This document shows, piece after piece, positions 49,513-60,377 of a stretch of DNA of 64,000 nucleotides. The DNA is from Obrimoposthia wandeli (taxonomy: Eukaryota). The stretch is taken from the NCBI GenBank assembly GCA_977020255.1, contig CDROCS010000253.1, positions 3,472,001-3,536,000 of the forward strand. The letters are read 5' to 3'. The number at the start of each line of letters is the position of its first letter. The stretch's first letter is position 1. Under the pieces are notes generated by a model that made no database searches, was not told the origin of the DNA, and worked only from the letters and a program-made list of their open reading frames with translations. Position numbers and translations under genes: made by a program.

Positions 49513-49612
49513 ATATAACGCCCTATTAAGGGGCAAATTGTAGTTGGCTAAAATGTGTAGCGAAGCGGAACTAGCCAACTGTTATTTGTCCCGCTTGAAT
49601 AGCTTGTTAGCA
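49513..49612 (-). repeat. attC site
   Basis: ATATAACGCCCTATTAAGGGGC...GTTAGCA; nearly identical to 46563-46662. Confidence 0.95.
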
Positions 49613-49857
49613 GCAAGTTTAATTAAAAACACTTAAACCGCCAAAAGCCTTAAAAGTAAATTAACGGATAGCAGAATCCAAAAATACTAAAGCAATACTT
49701 CGCCACAAACCTTAATTGATAAACAATAACAAAAAATGCTCACCAATTTATAAAAATTATAAACTTTCCACAAAAAAGGAAGGAAAGAAAAAAACACCAA
49801 TCTATTTTTGCGAAAATAAAATTAACCAAGCACATTAAAAATAGAACAAGTGTTGCC
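49613..49857 (-). other. Gene-less cassette
   Basis: Complementary cores GTTAGCA/TGCTAAC; very A-rich + strand; no ORF. Confidence 0.75.
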
Positions 49858-49950
49858 TGCTAACGCCTTGCATAAGCGGAAAATTGGTTATACTTAATCG
49901 CGCGAAGCGATGACCCAGCTATTTTTCCATTTAAGCAACTTATTGACTTG
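49858..49950 (-). repeat. attC site, right core damaged
   Basis: TGCTAACGCCTTGCATAAGCGG...GCGAAGCG...; the expected GTT reads CTTATT. Confidence 0.75.
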
Positions 49951-50205
49951 TTCTGATTTATTAGCGATTTTCTGTAGGTTTTCGTGGATTTTAAATAAAA
50001 CGATGAGTAGTTCACACCAAATTCTTATATGCCTAATCCCACAGCTAAAAAACCACCTCATATTGAGTGAACATCGATCCCAAACCATACTAAATACAAA
50101 AGTGATAATTTAGGGTTAACATTGAAACGCACCCGTAATCTTTCACGGGTAAATCTTTTAAAATAACCTTATAAAATGCATACGTGAGCTGGCGGAGTTT
50201 TGAAA

Positions 50206-50293
50206 GCCTAACGATAAGGCTAATACAAATTGCCCAAATGCGCGAAGCGCAACAAATTGTACGCCTGTCAAAACTTGAATTACCTTGTTATTT
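50206..50293 (-). repeat. Eroded attC site
   Basis: GCCTAAC...GCGCGAAGCGC...CTTGAATTACCTTGTTATTT. Confidence 0.65.
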
Positions 50294-50337
50294 GATGGTA
50301 GCGGAAAACTACTAACGATAACAAGAGCTTTAATAAG

Positions 50338-50546
50338 TTTGGCAGCCCGACCGTAGAACTAAAAAGTGCCCAGCGCCACGACTAACCAAACAGTGATTTT
50401 TGAGCCAAAAACGAAAGCTCGTTTAGCTAATGGCTTTACAACAATAATGTCTAAAACAGTAAAGCCTATTAGCGGTGATAACCAAACCGATTAGGCGAAA
50501 ACTGAGGCGTAACCCACCAAACCCATTTAGAAAATACCGCTTTTAC
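50338..50546 (+). repeat. Gene-less cassette family, copy 1
   Basis: Near-identical to 54181-54390; first 54 bp identical. Confidence 0.9.
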
Positions 50547-50571
50547 AAATAAAAATTTAGCTGATTTCGTG

Positions 50572-50650
50572 GTGCCGCCCGGTGCTAAGGGAAATAGAAG
50601 TTGGCTAAAATGTTTGAGGTGAACAAAACAGCCAACTGTTCCGTTATTAG
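50572..50650 (-). repeat. Eroded attC site
   Basis: AGTTGGCTAAAATGT...AACAGCCAACTGTT. Confidence 0.6.
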
Positions 50651-50911
50651 TGTAATTTACACAAACCTTTACGACTAATTAGCTCGGCGGCTTCACTCGA
50701 TAAAACCATTGTGATTACAACAAAGCATAGATTAAGCGAAATCCCTTTTTAACACAGGTTTTAGTCCAAAAGTCGCAAGTAGTGAGTTAGTAATAGTCAT
50801 TTTTTGACGGAATAACATAAGTAAAAAAAGAGCAGTTACCCCTATGCAAAGTAAATTTGTGCAGCAACGCCTAATTTGATGAATCATATCCGTTGCGACA
50901 AAATCCTAAGT

Positions 50912-50988
50912 TTATAATACCCGCAATAAGCGGAAAATTATAGTTGGCAAAATGAGACAACAGTAACATAAGCAAGACCTTGTTATAA
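50912..50988 (-). repeat. Eroded attC site
   Basis: ATAAGCGGAAAATTATAGTTGGCAAAATG...CTTGTTATAA. Confidence 0.6.
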
Positions 50989-51170
50989 TAAAGGCTAATG
51001 CAAACGATCTAACTAAAAGGCTACCGTAATAAAAAAACAACCGTGAACGCCAAGCTACACGATAGTTGAACAAAATAACCATCCCAACTTTACCGAAAAA
51101 GACCTTATTAAAATAAACAACCTGATTTAGCGTAAAACATAAGTGTCTTGCTAAAGCTTTGAACTGCATG

Positions 51171-51270
51171 AATAAACGCCCTGTTAAAGAGCAAATTAGC
51201 GGATTGGCTAAAATGTGAGCGAACGTAGTGAACAACCAACTTGTTTTTGTCCCGCTTTAACTTGTTATAA
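51171..51270 (-). repeat. attC site (partly eroded)
   Basis: AACGCCCTGTTAA...TGGCTAAAATGTGAGCGAAC...TTTGTCCCGCTTTAACTTGTTATAA. Confidence 0.8.
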
Positions 51271-51799
51271 GCTAATACTGTAAAAACATAAAGTAAACTT
51301 GACGTTGTTATACATATAAAGCCTATTGTGCCACGCATTATATAAATAAGAGCATCTGTACGAATATAACGAGGTAATTTAAGTTGCTTAACTAACTCAT
51401 CAAGATCTTGCTGTGAAACTTTAAGTGATTTATCAGCAAAAATGAATAATAGGCCCAGGCTATTGATATTGGTAATAACAGAGAATACTCAATGGTCGAC
51501 CCATTGCTGAAGTAAAACTAAAAGAACAATAATGCCGATAATCGTATAGTGTTTTAGTATTTCTTACTTAAATCAATGTAATTTCTTTATCGTTTATGAA
51601 ATATATCATAGGTGGTTATTTCATAAAGCTATAACTAACTAAACAGCTAATCAGTTAGCCTAAAACATTTGCAATAATATTTATCAATTTGTGCTTTACT
51701 ATTGAGTTTAAACAACCATCTAGTACAACGACATATTGTTGTTTCAACCTTCCATACTCAATAACAGTGGCATTTATCACTTCGATGATGGAGTATTAC

Positions 51800-52563
51800 T
51801 ATAACCCCATAGATATCTGGCTTAATTACAGTTATCTTTATGAACAACACCGCCATCAACCTATCCTTACAAGTGCGTCCTTCAACAGAATTGATGTTAA
51901 TAATGCCCCAATTTCACCTGATACCTTAACCACCAATTGTTTAAAACAATAGCTGCCTCATTCAAACATTCTTGGGCACGAGCGTCCAGCGACCGTAATG
52001 TTTTAGTCAGTTCTTTTGCTTCTCGATAAACAATGGGAATTGAGCTCTCTATAAACACAACAGTAAAGCGCCCTGATATTTTAACGGTCAAACAAGTCAA
52101 ATTCAAACCATTCGCTATCAAGTATTTTATAACCTTTATTCTCTGGACTGCGCGAAGGACTTAATTTAACCATGATATATCGATAAATCGACAATGCTGG
52201 TACATGTTCGTGATGGTAAGAGGAAAAAACATGGTGCCTGGGCAATTTCTCTGTTAGCGCTGAGGTGTGGAAAATACATCGCCACGCCGTTTGATTTTCA
52301 CACTTGGCCTTCAGAATGCGAAAAACCATATGGAATAAAGGCGGTGTTCAAAAACGGCAAAAAGGTACTGCTGGTGTCGAATTAAAAAATTCATCAGCCC
52401 ACATTGTCATTGTTATGCTACGATTGCTTTGCAGCAATTACTTGGACACGCCAGTCTCAACACCACTGCACAGCTCACAAAAGTGAAACAACGTGATATG
52501 TCACGCGCTGTAAACAAATTAACCGATAAACTCGACATTATATGGTCTATTGAGTACCTTTGA
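51800..52563 (+). pseudogene. Degraded tyrosine recombinase of an IS91-associated type
   Basis: Hand-read fragments LYEQH, PDTLTT..LKQ, KRPDILT.KQV, EGLNLT..IDK.TMLVHVRDGK, LQQLLGHASLNTTA; many frameshifts; limits approximate. Confidence 0.75.
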
Positions 52564-53508
52564 GTTGCTTCGTCAACATCACCAAACCCGCTTGAAATTC
52601 GAGTATAGCATGAAATTAACACCTGACATGCGTAAGTTATGCCGTAGCAAAAAACACCACAACAACGCCAGCCTTTTGGGCTTGTGACCATTGAGCATCA
52701 TGACCGTATGCCACTTATCTTGTGGCCATATGAAGCCCCGCAGTGCCAACAAAACACCACCTCACAATGGCTAGCTAGGCAAAAAGCAAAGCGCTTACCC
52801 GTTGAGTATTTCATGGCATTTACAACCAGCTTTGAGGGTGGCTAAATCCGTCCTAAAGCATTATATCAATTGATGTTCTCAGTCACCTCATCCATATTGA
52901 AAGACTTTGCAACGCGCCAAGGATTAGGCAATATAGGCTTTACGTCGGTACTGCATACTCACAGTAGAAGGCGTGAACTACATCCCCATTTACATATTAT
53001 TGTGCCTAATGGCGGTTATGACCCACAACGAAAACAATAAAAAGGCAAGAGGCTATTTTGTTTAACTCAGCTAAAGCTCTTTGCGAAGGCTATAAAAAAG
53101 CATCTAGTGTCACTAAAAAAACTGCCAACGAAATGGATTGTTGATTGTACAAAAGTCGGCCATGGCTTACCTGCGTTAAAGTACCTGTCTCGGTATTTAT
53201 ATCGGGGTGTATTACCCGATAAAGACATTATTCATTATGACCAAGACAACGTCACCTTTCGTTATAAAGACAGTACCACAAACAAAATAACACCCCGTAC
53301 GTTGCCAACACTCGAATTTTTAATGCTCATTCTGCAACATGTGCTGCCTAAAGGATTACAGCGGGTGCGTGATTATGGACTGTTATCGTCGGGGGCTAAA
53401 AAGCTGCGGGTAATTATTCAACTGCTTTATTCACGACAAAACCAAAAGGAAGAAACGGGCAAAGTCGGTGGCGCCAGCATAAAATGCATTGACACACGAA
53501 CGCCCTAG
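52550..53508 (+). pseudogene. Degraded IS91-family (HUH/Y2) rolling-circle transposase
   Basis: STFELLRQHH, SCGH..PQCQQ.TTSQWL.RQK, LHTHSRRRELHPHLHIIVPNGG (HUH), ALKYLSRYLYRG (Y2), QHVLPKGLQRVRDYG. Confidence 0.85.
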
Positions 53509-54180
53509 CCGAAGGCGAATAAAGGATAATGGCTAAAAATGAGAGAAAAGAATAACACATGTTGGCTAACAGTAAAGAATGCATTGCCTTTTACGCAGTA
53601 CGTCTTGCGATCTGGCAATTGGTCAAGCCCTTCGAACAAATCGCTATTTCCTATATAAAGCAGACATCGTGCTTGTTCAACACCCGAATAAGGTGTCGGC
53701 ACAAACACACTATTCTTGTTAGCTGCATACAATGCTATAACTTTATTAATGTCAAGAAGCTCATCGTAGATACTTTAACTTATAATGTTTTAATTCGTAG
53801 AAGCCAAAACTTAAGTCAATATAACTCCGTCACAGAAATGAAAGATTTCTGCATGAAGAGCATCTGTAGTCGGACCATATCAACAAAGTATTAATAGCGT
53901 TGCTTTCAAGTTGATTAAAGGTAGCAAAAGAGGCCTAACGTGCTTACATAATGCTAATACCAAACATCGTTTTAGTGTTTTTTAACTACGCACTTTATCT
54001 AAATATCCACTTTTTAATAGGCGCTTATATTAAGCGGCTAAGTAGCAACGATGAAATATAATTAATGGCCAAATCGTGTTACGTGTCCCTAGAAGCGAAA
54101 ACTTAACGCCGCTATTTGGAAAGCTTATAGTTGGCTAAAATAACGTTGATTAGACAAGTAGTGAAAACTACTTTAACTGT

Positions 54181-54390
54181 TTTGGCAGCCCGACCGTAGA
54201 ACTAAAAAGTGCCCAGCGCCACGACTAACCAAACCGTGATTTTTGAGCCAAACACGAAAGCGAATTTAGCTAATGGCTTTACAACAAAAAATGTCTAAAA
54301 CAGTAAAGCCTATTAGCGGCTATAACCAAACCAATTAGGCGAAAACTGAGGCGTAACCCACCAAAGTAATTTAGGAAATACCGCTTTTAC
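54181..54390 (+). repeat. Gene-less cassette family, copy 2
   Basis: Direct repeat of 50338-50546. Confidence 0.9.
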
Positions 54391-54429
54391 CGATAATAAT
54401 TTAGCTTGATTTAGTGTCTGTTATGTTCA

Positions 54430-54529
54430 ATATAACGCTTATCTTGCGGTTATTTGTTAACCGAAGCTTTAGCGGAGCCTGTTCACTTAAAATAGTATCT
54501 ATGTGTCCGTTTGAATTATCTTGTTATTT
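54430..54529 (-). repeat. Eroded attC site
   Basis: ATATAACGC...GTGTCCGTTTGAATTATCTTGTTATTT. Confidence 0.6.
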
Positions 54530-54829
54530 ATGATAGGTTGAAAACTATAACCGAACGAATAACAAGTTGCTTTTATTTTAGCAGCTTGGCAGAACCATCA
54601 TTGTTGGCTATAAACAAAAAGCGCCCCAGCAACACGTAACCAATCACTTTCTTTTCGATAGTCCCACATATTTTAGGTACTGCGATAGAATCCAGAAGTT
54701 GAATTCCGGGAGTTATAAAGTAAATGAGCTTCTACTTTATACTTTCTTTCGCATACTCTTAAAATTGCGTGCATAAAGTCTTGCATTAGCTCTTTGCGTA
54801 TATAGGCCATAGTTATAAAGCAAAGTTTA

Positions 54830-54890
54830 TCCAAAAACTATGTTAGCAACGACGCAGGAGCAAAAGCCAACTGTTATTTGTCCTGCTTTA
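54830..54890 (-). repeat. attC right-half remnant, nearest to intI
   Basis: GCAGGAGCAAAAGCCAACTGTTATTTGTCCTGCTTTAA. Confidence 0.55.
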
Positions 54891-55154
54891 ACGAAAAATA
54901 CGCTTTATAATATTGAGTTGAAAATGTTTGATCTTGAAGCAAGCTATATGACATCTACCATCCGCATAAATTCTCTTTTCTACAAGAGGGATAAATCGTC
55001 AGATAAATTGTATAATGGAAAGAGGATTACTTCGTTGTTATCTTTAGGTAGATCAAAAATGAGAGTTAAAAATAAAGCTATGAGTGGTTGATAGTGAGTC
55101 TAAGAAAGTACAAGAGGCAATTTGCTGCTTTGTGGTGAGTGATGGCAATTTGCG

Positions 55155-55170
55155 CGCTAACTTGTATGAT
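55155..55170 (-). other. Possible attI core
   Basis: Minus strand reads ATCATACAAGTTAGCG, loosely like attI1 AACAAAGTTRRRY, but only ~75 bp from the intI start; weak. Confidence 0.2.
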
Positions 55171-55203
55171 AGGTGTACAGTTAGAAAGAAAGGATTTAAG
55201 CCT

Positions 55204-55219
55204 TTGTATGGGTGTACAG
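55204..55219. promoter_or_regulatory. Degenerate LexA (SOS) box upstream of intI
   Basis: TTGT-ATGGGTGT-ACAG versus consensus CTGT-N8-ACAG, 16 bp before the ATG. Confidence 0.5.
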
Positions 55220-55235
55220 TTACCTTGAGGTTTTT

Positions 55236-56201
55236 ATGTCTTCTCCTTTTTTGCAGCACATTACGGAACAAATGCGTTTAAAACGTTATGCTAAAAGAAC
55301 GATAGAAAGCTATGTCTATTGGATAAAGGCGTTTATAAACTTTAATGGCCAGCGTCACCCAATAAAATGTCATGATGTGGAAGTTGAAAATTTTCTTTCT
55401 CATTTAACAAACAAACTTAATGTCGCACCTAGAACCCAAGGTGTGGCACTAAATGCTCTAGTCTTCTTGTATAGAGGGATTTTATTAAAACCTTTAACCC
55501 TTGAGCTCAATTTTAATAAATCTAAGCAGGCTACTAAGTTACCTGTCGTGTTAACCCAAGAAGAGGTTATTGCGTTATTAGCTAAAATATCAAATAACTA
55601 TAGTTTGCCTTGTAAGTTAATGTACGGTAGCGGGTTACGTTTAATGGAGGTTGTTCGCTTAAGAGTACAGGACATTGATTTTGATTTTCATGCTATTCAA
55701 GTATGGCAAGGAAAAGGCGGTAAAAATCGGCGTGTTACGTTAGCAAAAGAATTGTGTGATACCTTGAAAGCTCAAATAGCGTTAGCACAGTATTATTATG
55801 AACAAGATCAGAGTAATCCTAACTATAAAGGTGTATGGCTACCTTATGCTTTAGCAAGAAAGTACCCCAATGCGAGCAAAGATATTCTGTGGCATTATCT
55901 TTTCCCTTCTAGCCGTTTAAGTGAAGATCCCGAAACAGGTTTTTTTCGTCGGCATCATATTAATGAAACAACATTAAGAAAAGCAGTGAAAATGGCTGCA
56001 TGCAATGCAGAGATAGAAAAAAATGTGACTTGTCATACGTTACGGCATTCATTTGCCACGCATTTATTGCAACGAGGGGCCGATATAAGAACCGTGCAGG
56101 AGCAATTAGGTCATACCGATATTCGTACTACGCAAATATACACTCATGTCATCGAACAGGGTGCGAATGGTGTTCGCAGCCCATTATCAGATTTACTCTA
56201 A
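55236..56201 (+). CDS. intI: Integron integrase (tyrosine recombinase), intact
   Basis: YGSGLRLME, GKGGKNR, integron-specific insert GVWLPYALARKYPNA...WHYLFPS...RRHH, HTLRHSFATHLL, LGHTDIRTTQIYTHV; GAGG then ATG 55236. Confidence 0.98.
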   Translation: MSSPFLQHITEQMRLKRYAKRTIESYVYWIKAFINFNGQRHPIKCHDVEVENFLSHLTNKLNVAPRTQGVALNALVFLYRGILLKPLTLELNFNKSKQATKLPVVLTQEEVIALLAKISNNYSLPCKLMYGSGLRLMEVVRLRVQDIDFDFHAIQVWQGKGGKNRRVTLAKELCDTLKAQIALAQYYYEQDQSNPNYKGVWLPYALARKYPNASKDILWHYLFPSSRLSEDPETGFFRRHHINETTLRKAVKMAACNAEIEKNVTCHTLRHSFATHLLQRGADIRTVQEQLGHTDIRTTQIYTHVIEQGANGVRSPLSDLL

Positions 56202-56247
56202 AGTAGGCACTTTACCCTGATTTATTTTCCCTAAACACAGCAAGATC

Positions 56248-56281
56248 AAAAAACGCGGCTTAGTCGCCTAAGTCGCGTTTT
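56248..56281. terminator. Bidirectional terminator between intI and serS
   Basis: AAAAAACGCGGCTTAG-TCGC-CTAAGTCGCGTTTT. Confidence 0.75.
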
Positions 56282-56326
56282 ATCTAAATTCTCATGGTAC
56301 CTAAGCTATCTCTAACCAGAAGTTAA

Positions 56327-57613
<1,287 letters not shown>

Positions 57614-57679
57614 TCACATTCTTGTTTATAAAGTTATTAAAATTGTTTACGTGTATATACGCCGTTTGGTATACCGTAG

Positions 57680-58081
57680 TTATTTTACTAAGGCGGTTAC
57701 CATAAACATTCCAAGCGCTGCCGCAGCAATACACAATGAAACATTCAGTAAAATATTTATCGCCGCTTTTAACACGTCGCCTTGTTGTAATAGTAACAAG
57801 GAGTCTAATGAAAATGTAGAAAAAGTGGTAAATGCACCTAAAAACCCTATTCCTATTAAGGTTCTATGCACACTAACATTGAGGATTTCATGCTCTATTA
57901 GTTGATATAACAAACCCATAGTAAATGAGCCGATGATATTAACCATCAATGTGGCAAAAGGGAAACCTTTTCCGAGCCAATTTAGCACTAATTGCGAAAT
58001 ATAGAAGCGTAAACTTGCCCCACAGGCACCACCAATGGCTACAAAGGCGTATAAAGTAAAGTTACTAATAGCGTTGGTCAT
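57680..58081 (-). CDS. crcB: Fluoride channel CrcB/FluC
   Basis: [31 protein letters not shown]. Confidence 0.97.
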   Translation of the reverse strand: MTNAISNFTLYAFVAIGGACGASLRFYISQLVLNWLGKGFPFATLMVNIIGSFTMGLLYQLIEHEILNVSVHRTLIGIGFLGAFTTFSTFSLDSLLLLQQGDVLKAAINILLNVSLCIAAAALGMFMVTALVK

Positions 58082-59594
58082 GGCTATTCCTATCGAGCTG
58101 GTGTAAATAATCGAGCTTTTCTTTTAATTTTTTCTCTAAACCGCGTTCGGTTGGCTGATACAAGCAGGTATGCGAACTATCGCCTCTCGCTAATGCTTCC
58201 GGAAAGTAGTTCTCGCCTGCAGCAAAGGCGTTTATTTCATCATGAGCATAGCGGTATTCACTGCCGTGGCCGAGTTCTTTGGTAATACTGCTGGTGGCAT
58301 TTTTCAAATGTAAAGGTACATCTAAATCACAGGTTTGTTGCGCTAATATTTTGGCTTTATTAAACGCTTGATAAACCGCATTACTTTTAGGCGCTAATGC
58401 CATGTATACAGTCGCTTGCGCAATAGCGCGTTCACCTTCACTTGGACCAACACGATGAAAAGTATCCCAGGCATTAATAGCCAGTTGCATAGCACGGGGA
58501 TCGGCATTACCGATATCTTCACTGGCGATAGCGAGTAAACGTCTTGCAACATACAGGGCATCACCACCGGCGGTAAGAATTCTTGCATACCAATAAAGCG
58601 CCGCATCAGGGCTAGAGCCACGTACTGATTTATGAAAAGCACTGATCAAGTCATAAAAAGCATCACCACCTTTGTCGTAAAGGGCAATTTTGCTACCGGC
58701 AACTTGGGCAATGAGTTCAACGGTAATTGTTTTAACATCACCGTTAGTAATCTGTGTGCCTTGCTGTCTTTCTGACTCTGTAGTATCTGCTGCATGTGTT
58801 GATAGTAATGTACTGGCTGTACTATCGAGGCAATTTTCTAATAAATTAAGCAAGCGTCTAGCATCGCCATCGCTGCGATTAAGTAAACTTTGCTTGGCAT
58901 CAACACTTAAATCAATACTCAGCTGCTGTTCCACTTCACATAATGAGAGTGCGCGTTGTAATACCTGTGCCAAATCATCACGAGTTAATTTTTTCAAGGT
59001 ATATAAACGGGCGCGCGATAATAACGCTTGGTTTAATTCAAATGCTGGATTTTCTGTCGTTGCGCCAATAAAAATAATGGTGCCGTCTTCAATGTGCGGT
59101 AAAAATGCATCTTGCTGTGATTTATTAAAGCGATGAACTTCATCAACAAACAGTACGGTTCTACGTTTATTAGCGCCCTCGCCTTGTGCACGTAATTTTG
59201 CTTTTTCAATAGCACTACGAATTTCTTTAATACCTGAGGTAACAGCAGATACGCGCTCTATTTCGGCATTAGCATGTTGGGCAATAATTTCAGCGAGTGT
59301 GGTTTTACCACTACCCGGTGGCCCCCAAAAAATAAGCGAATGACAATGACCTTGTTCAATTGATTGCGCTAAAGGTGAATTTCCACCCAGAATATGCTGC
59401 TGACCTACATAATCGGCTAAGGTTTTTGGACGCATTTTTGCAGCAAGCGGCATAAAACTACTTGCGGGCGCATTACTGTGCGTTGAAGCATCATCTGAGC
59501 CTGCTAAACCGTTATCTTCAGGGTCAAGGTCAAACAGTGAGTTTTGCAGACCTTCACTGGATGACTTACCGAATAGATTATCGCTTGTCTTCAA
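58065..59594 (-). CDS. rarA: Replication-associated recombination protein A
   Basis: [58 protein letters not shown]. Confidence 0.97.
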   Translation of the reverse strand: MKTSDNLFGKSSSEGLQNSLFDLDPEDNGLAGSDDASTHSNAPASSFMPLAAKMRPKTLADYVGQQHILGGNSPLAQSIEQGHCHSLIFWGPPGSGKTTLAEIIAQHANAEIERVSAVTSGIKEIRSAIEKAKLRAQGEGANKRRTVLFVDEVHRFNKSQQDAFLPHIEDGTIIFIGATTENPAFELNQALLSRARLYTLKKLTRDDLAQVLQRALSLCEVEQQLSIDLSVDAKQSLLNRSDGDARRLLNLLENCLDSTASTLLSTHAADTTESERQQGTQITNGDVKTITVELIAQVAGSKIALYDKGGDAFYDLISAFHKSVRGSSPDAALYWYARILTAGGDALYVARRLLAIASEDIGNADPRAMQLAINAWDTFHRVGPSEGERAIAQATVYMALAPKSNAVYQAFNKAKILAQQTCDLDVPLHLKNATSSITKELGHGSEYRYAHDEINAFAAGENYFPEALARGDSSHTCLYQPTERGLEKKLKEKLDYLHQLDRNSHDQRY

Positions 59595-60309
59595 GTCTTA
59601 CCCCTTCAGGTAAGTTAAAACTAAATAACGTAGCGGCTGGTTTAGTTTTACTATTAAATTGACTTAAACTGATTTGACTGATTTGTCCGGTTGCATCTTG
59701 AAACGAAAAATCACTTAACTGCACATCATTGTTTTCTGTTTTGGTAAAACTAAGGGTGAGCTTTTTAATTTGGCTGTTTTCATCTTTGGGCATCACAACA
59801 AAGCGTAAACCACTTTCAGCAATGTCGTGCTGTTCAACAACATTATATTGTTGCCAAAGCTGAGGTTCATCACTGGTTAGCAATAAAATAGGCGTATTAT
59901 GAATTGATTTAGCTAAACTATAAGCACTGGCTTGTTCAATAAATGGGTCATAAAACCACAAAGTATTACCATCACTAACAATCAAGGTTTCAGTTGGTGT
60001 TATGGTTTTCCAATTCACTAGATTAGGCTTGCTAATAGCAAGCGTTCCTGAGCCTTGTTGTAATACTTCACCTTGTCCATCAAGAATTTTTTGGCTGAAA
60101 TCTGCACTAAAAAAAGCCAATTTAGCTAGTTTAGTCATTAAGTGTTGTTTCGCTTTATTTGATGGCAACGATAAAGCAGTTGTAGCAGTGGCATTAATAG
60201 GTGCTTTGGCTGCATAAGCCACCGATTGAGAAAAGCTCAATACTGGCAGTAATATACTGGTCAAAGCGAGTGTGCGAAAAAATGCTTTCTTTGTAAAATT
60301 TATTTGCAT
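59578..60309 (-). CDS. lolA: Outer-membrane lipoprotein chaperone LolA
   Basis: [28 protein letters not shown]; position between ftsK and rarA. Confidence 0.95.
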   Translation of the reverse strand: MQINFTKKAFFRTLALTSILLPVLSFSQSVAYAAKAPINATATTALSLPSNKAKQHLMTKLAKLAFFSADFSQKILDGQGEVLQQGSGTLAISKPNLVNWKTITPTETLIVSDGNTLWFYDPFIEQASAYSLAKSIHNTPILLLTSDEPQLWQQYNVVEQHDIAESGLRFVVMPKDENSQIKKLTLSFTKTENNDVQLSDFSFQDATGQISQISLSQFNSKTKPAATLFSFNLPEGVRLEDKR

Positions 60310-60377
60310 AGCTTTACTTCTAATAAAATGAACTGTGTCCGCGTTTAGCTGAAACAGAGAAAATAATAAGCGATAAC

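Larger units (their letters stand above)
36449..56201. mobile_element. Sedentary chromosomal integron: intI plus minus-strand cassette array
   Basis: Integron-type integrase at the right end; about 20 copies (intact to eroded) of a ~100-bp attC-like repeat separated by single small genes or gene-less spacers; left limit uncertain. Confidence 0.93.

Noticed and set aside
45693-49950. Regularly recurring repeats as a CRISPR array
   Set aside because: Repeats are ~100 bp with RYYYAAC/GTTRRRY-type ends, spacers are 240-1000 bp and often contain genes, and there are no cas genes; this is attC architecture
51800-52563. Tyrosine recombinase fragments as a prophage integrase or second intI
   Set aside because: No phage genes nearby, no integron-specific insert recognised, and it is coupled to an IS91-type transposase
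52081-52691. Minus-strand ORFs 52081-52329 and 52413-52691
   Set aside because: Antisense to the recognisable recombinase/transposase pseudogenes
53505-53894. ORFs 53505-53732 (-) and 53559-53894 (+) as intact genes
   Set aside because: The minus frame continues upstream through several stops, so it looks like a decayed cassette gene; the plus ORF is its shadow
44438-54100. Apparent excess of Trp/Gln-to-stop changes suggesting targeted deamination
   Set aside because: Cannot be counted without intact homologues, and ordinary C-to-T biased decay would look the same
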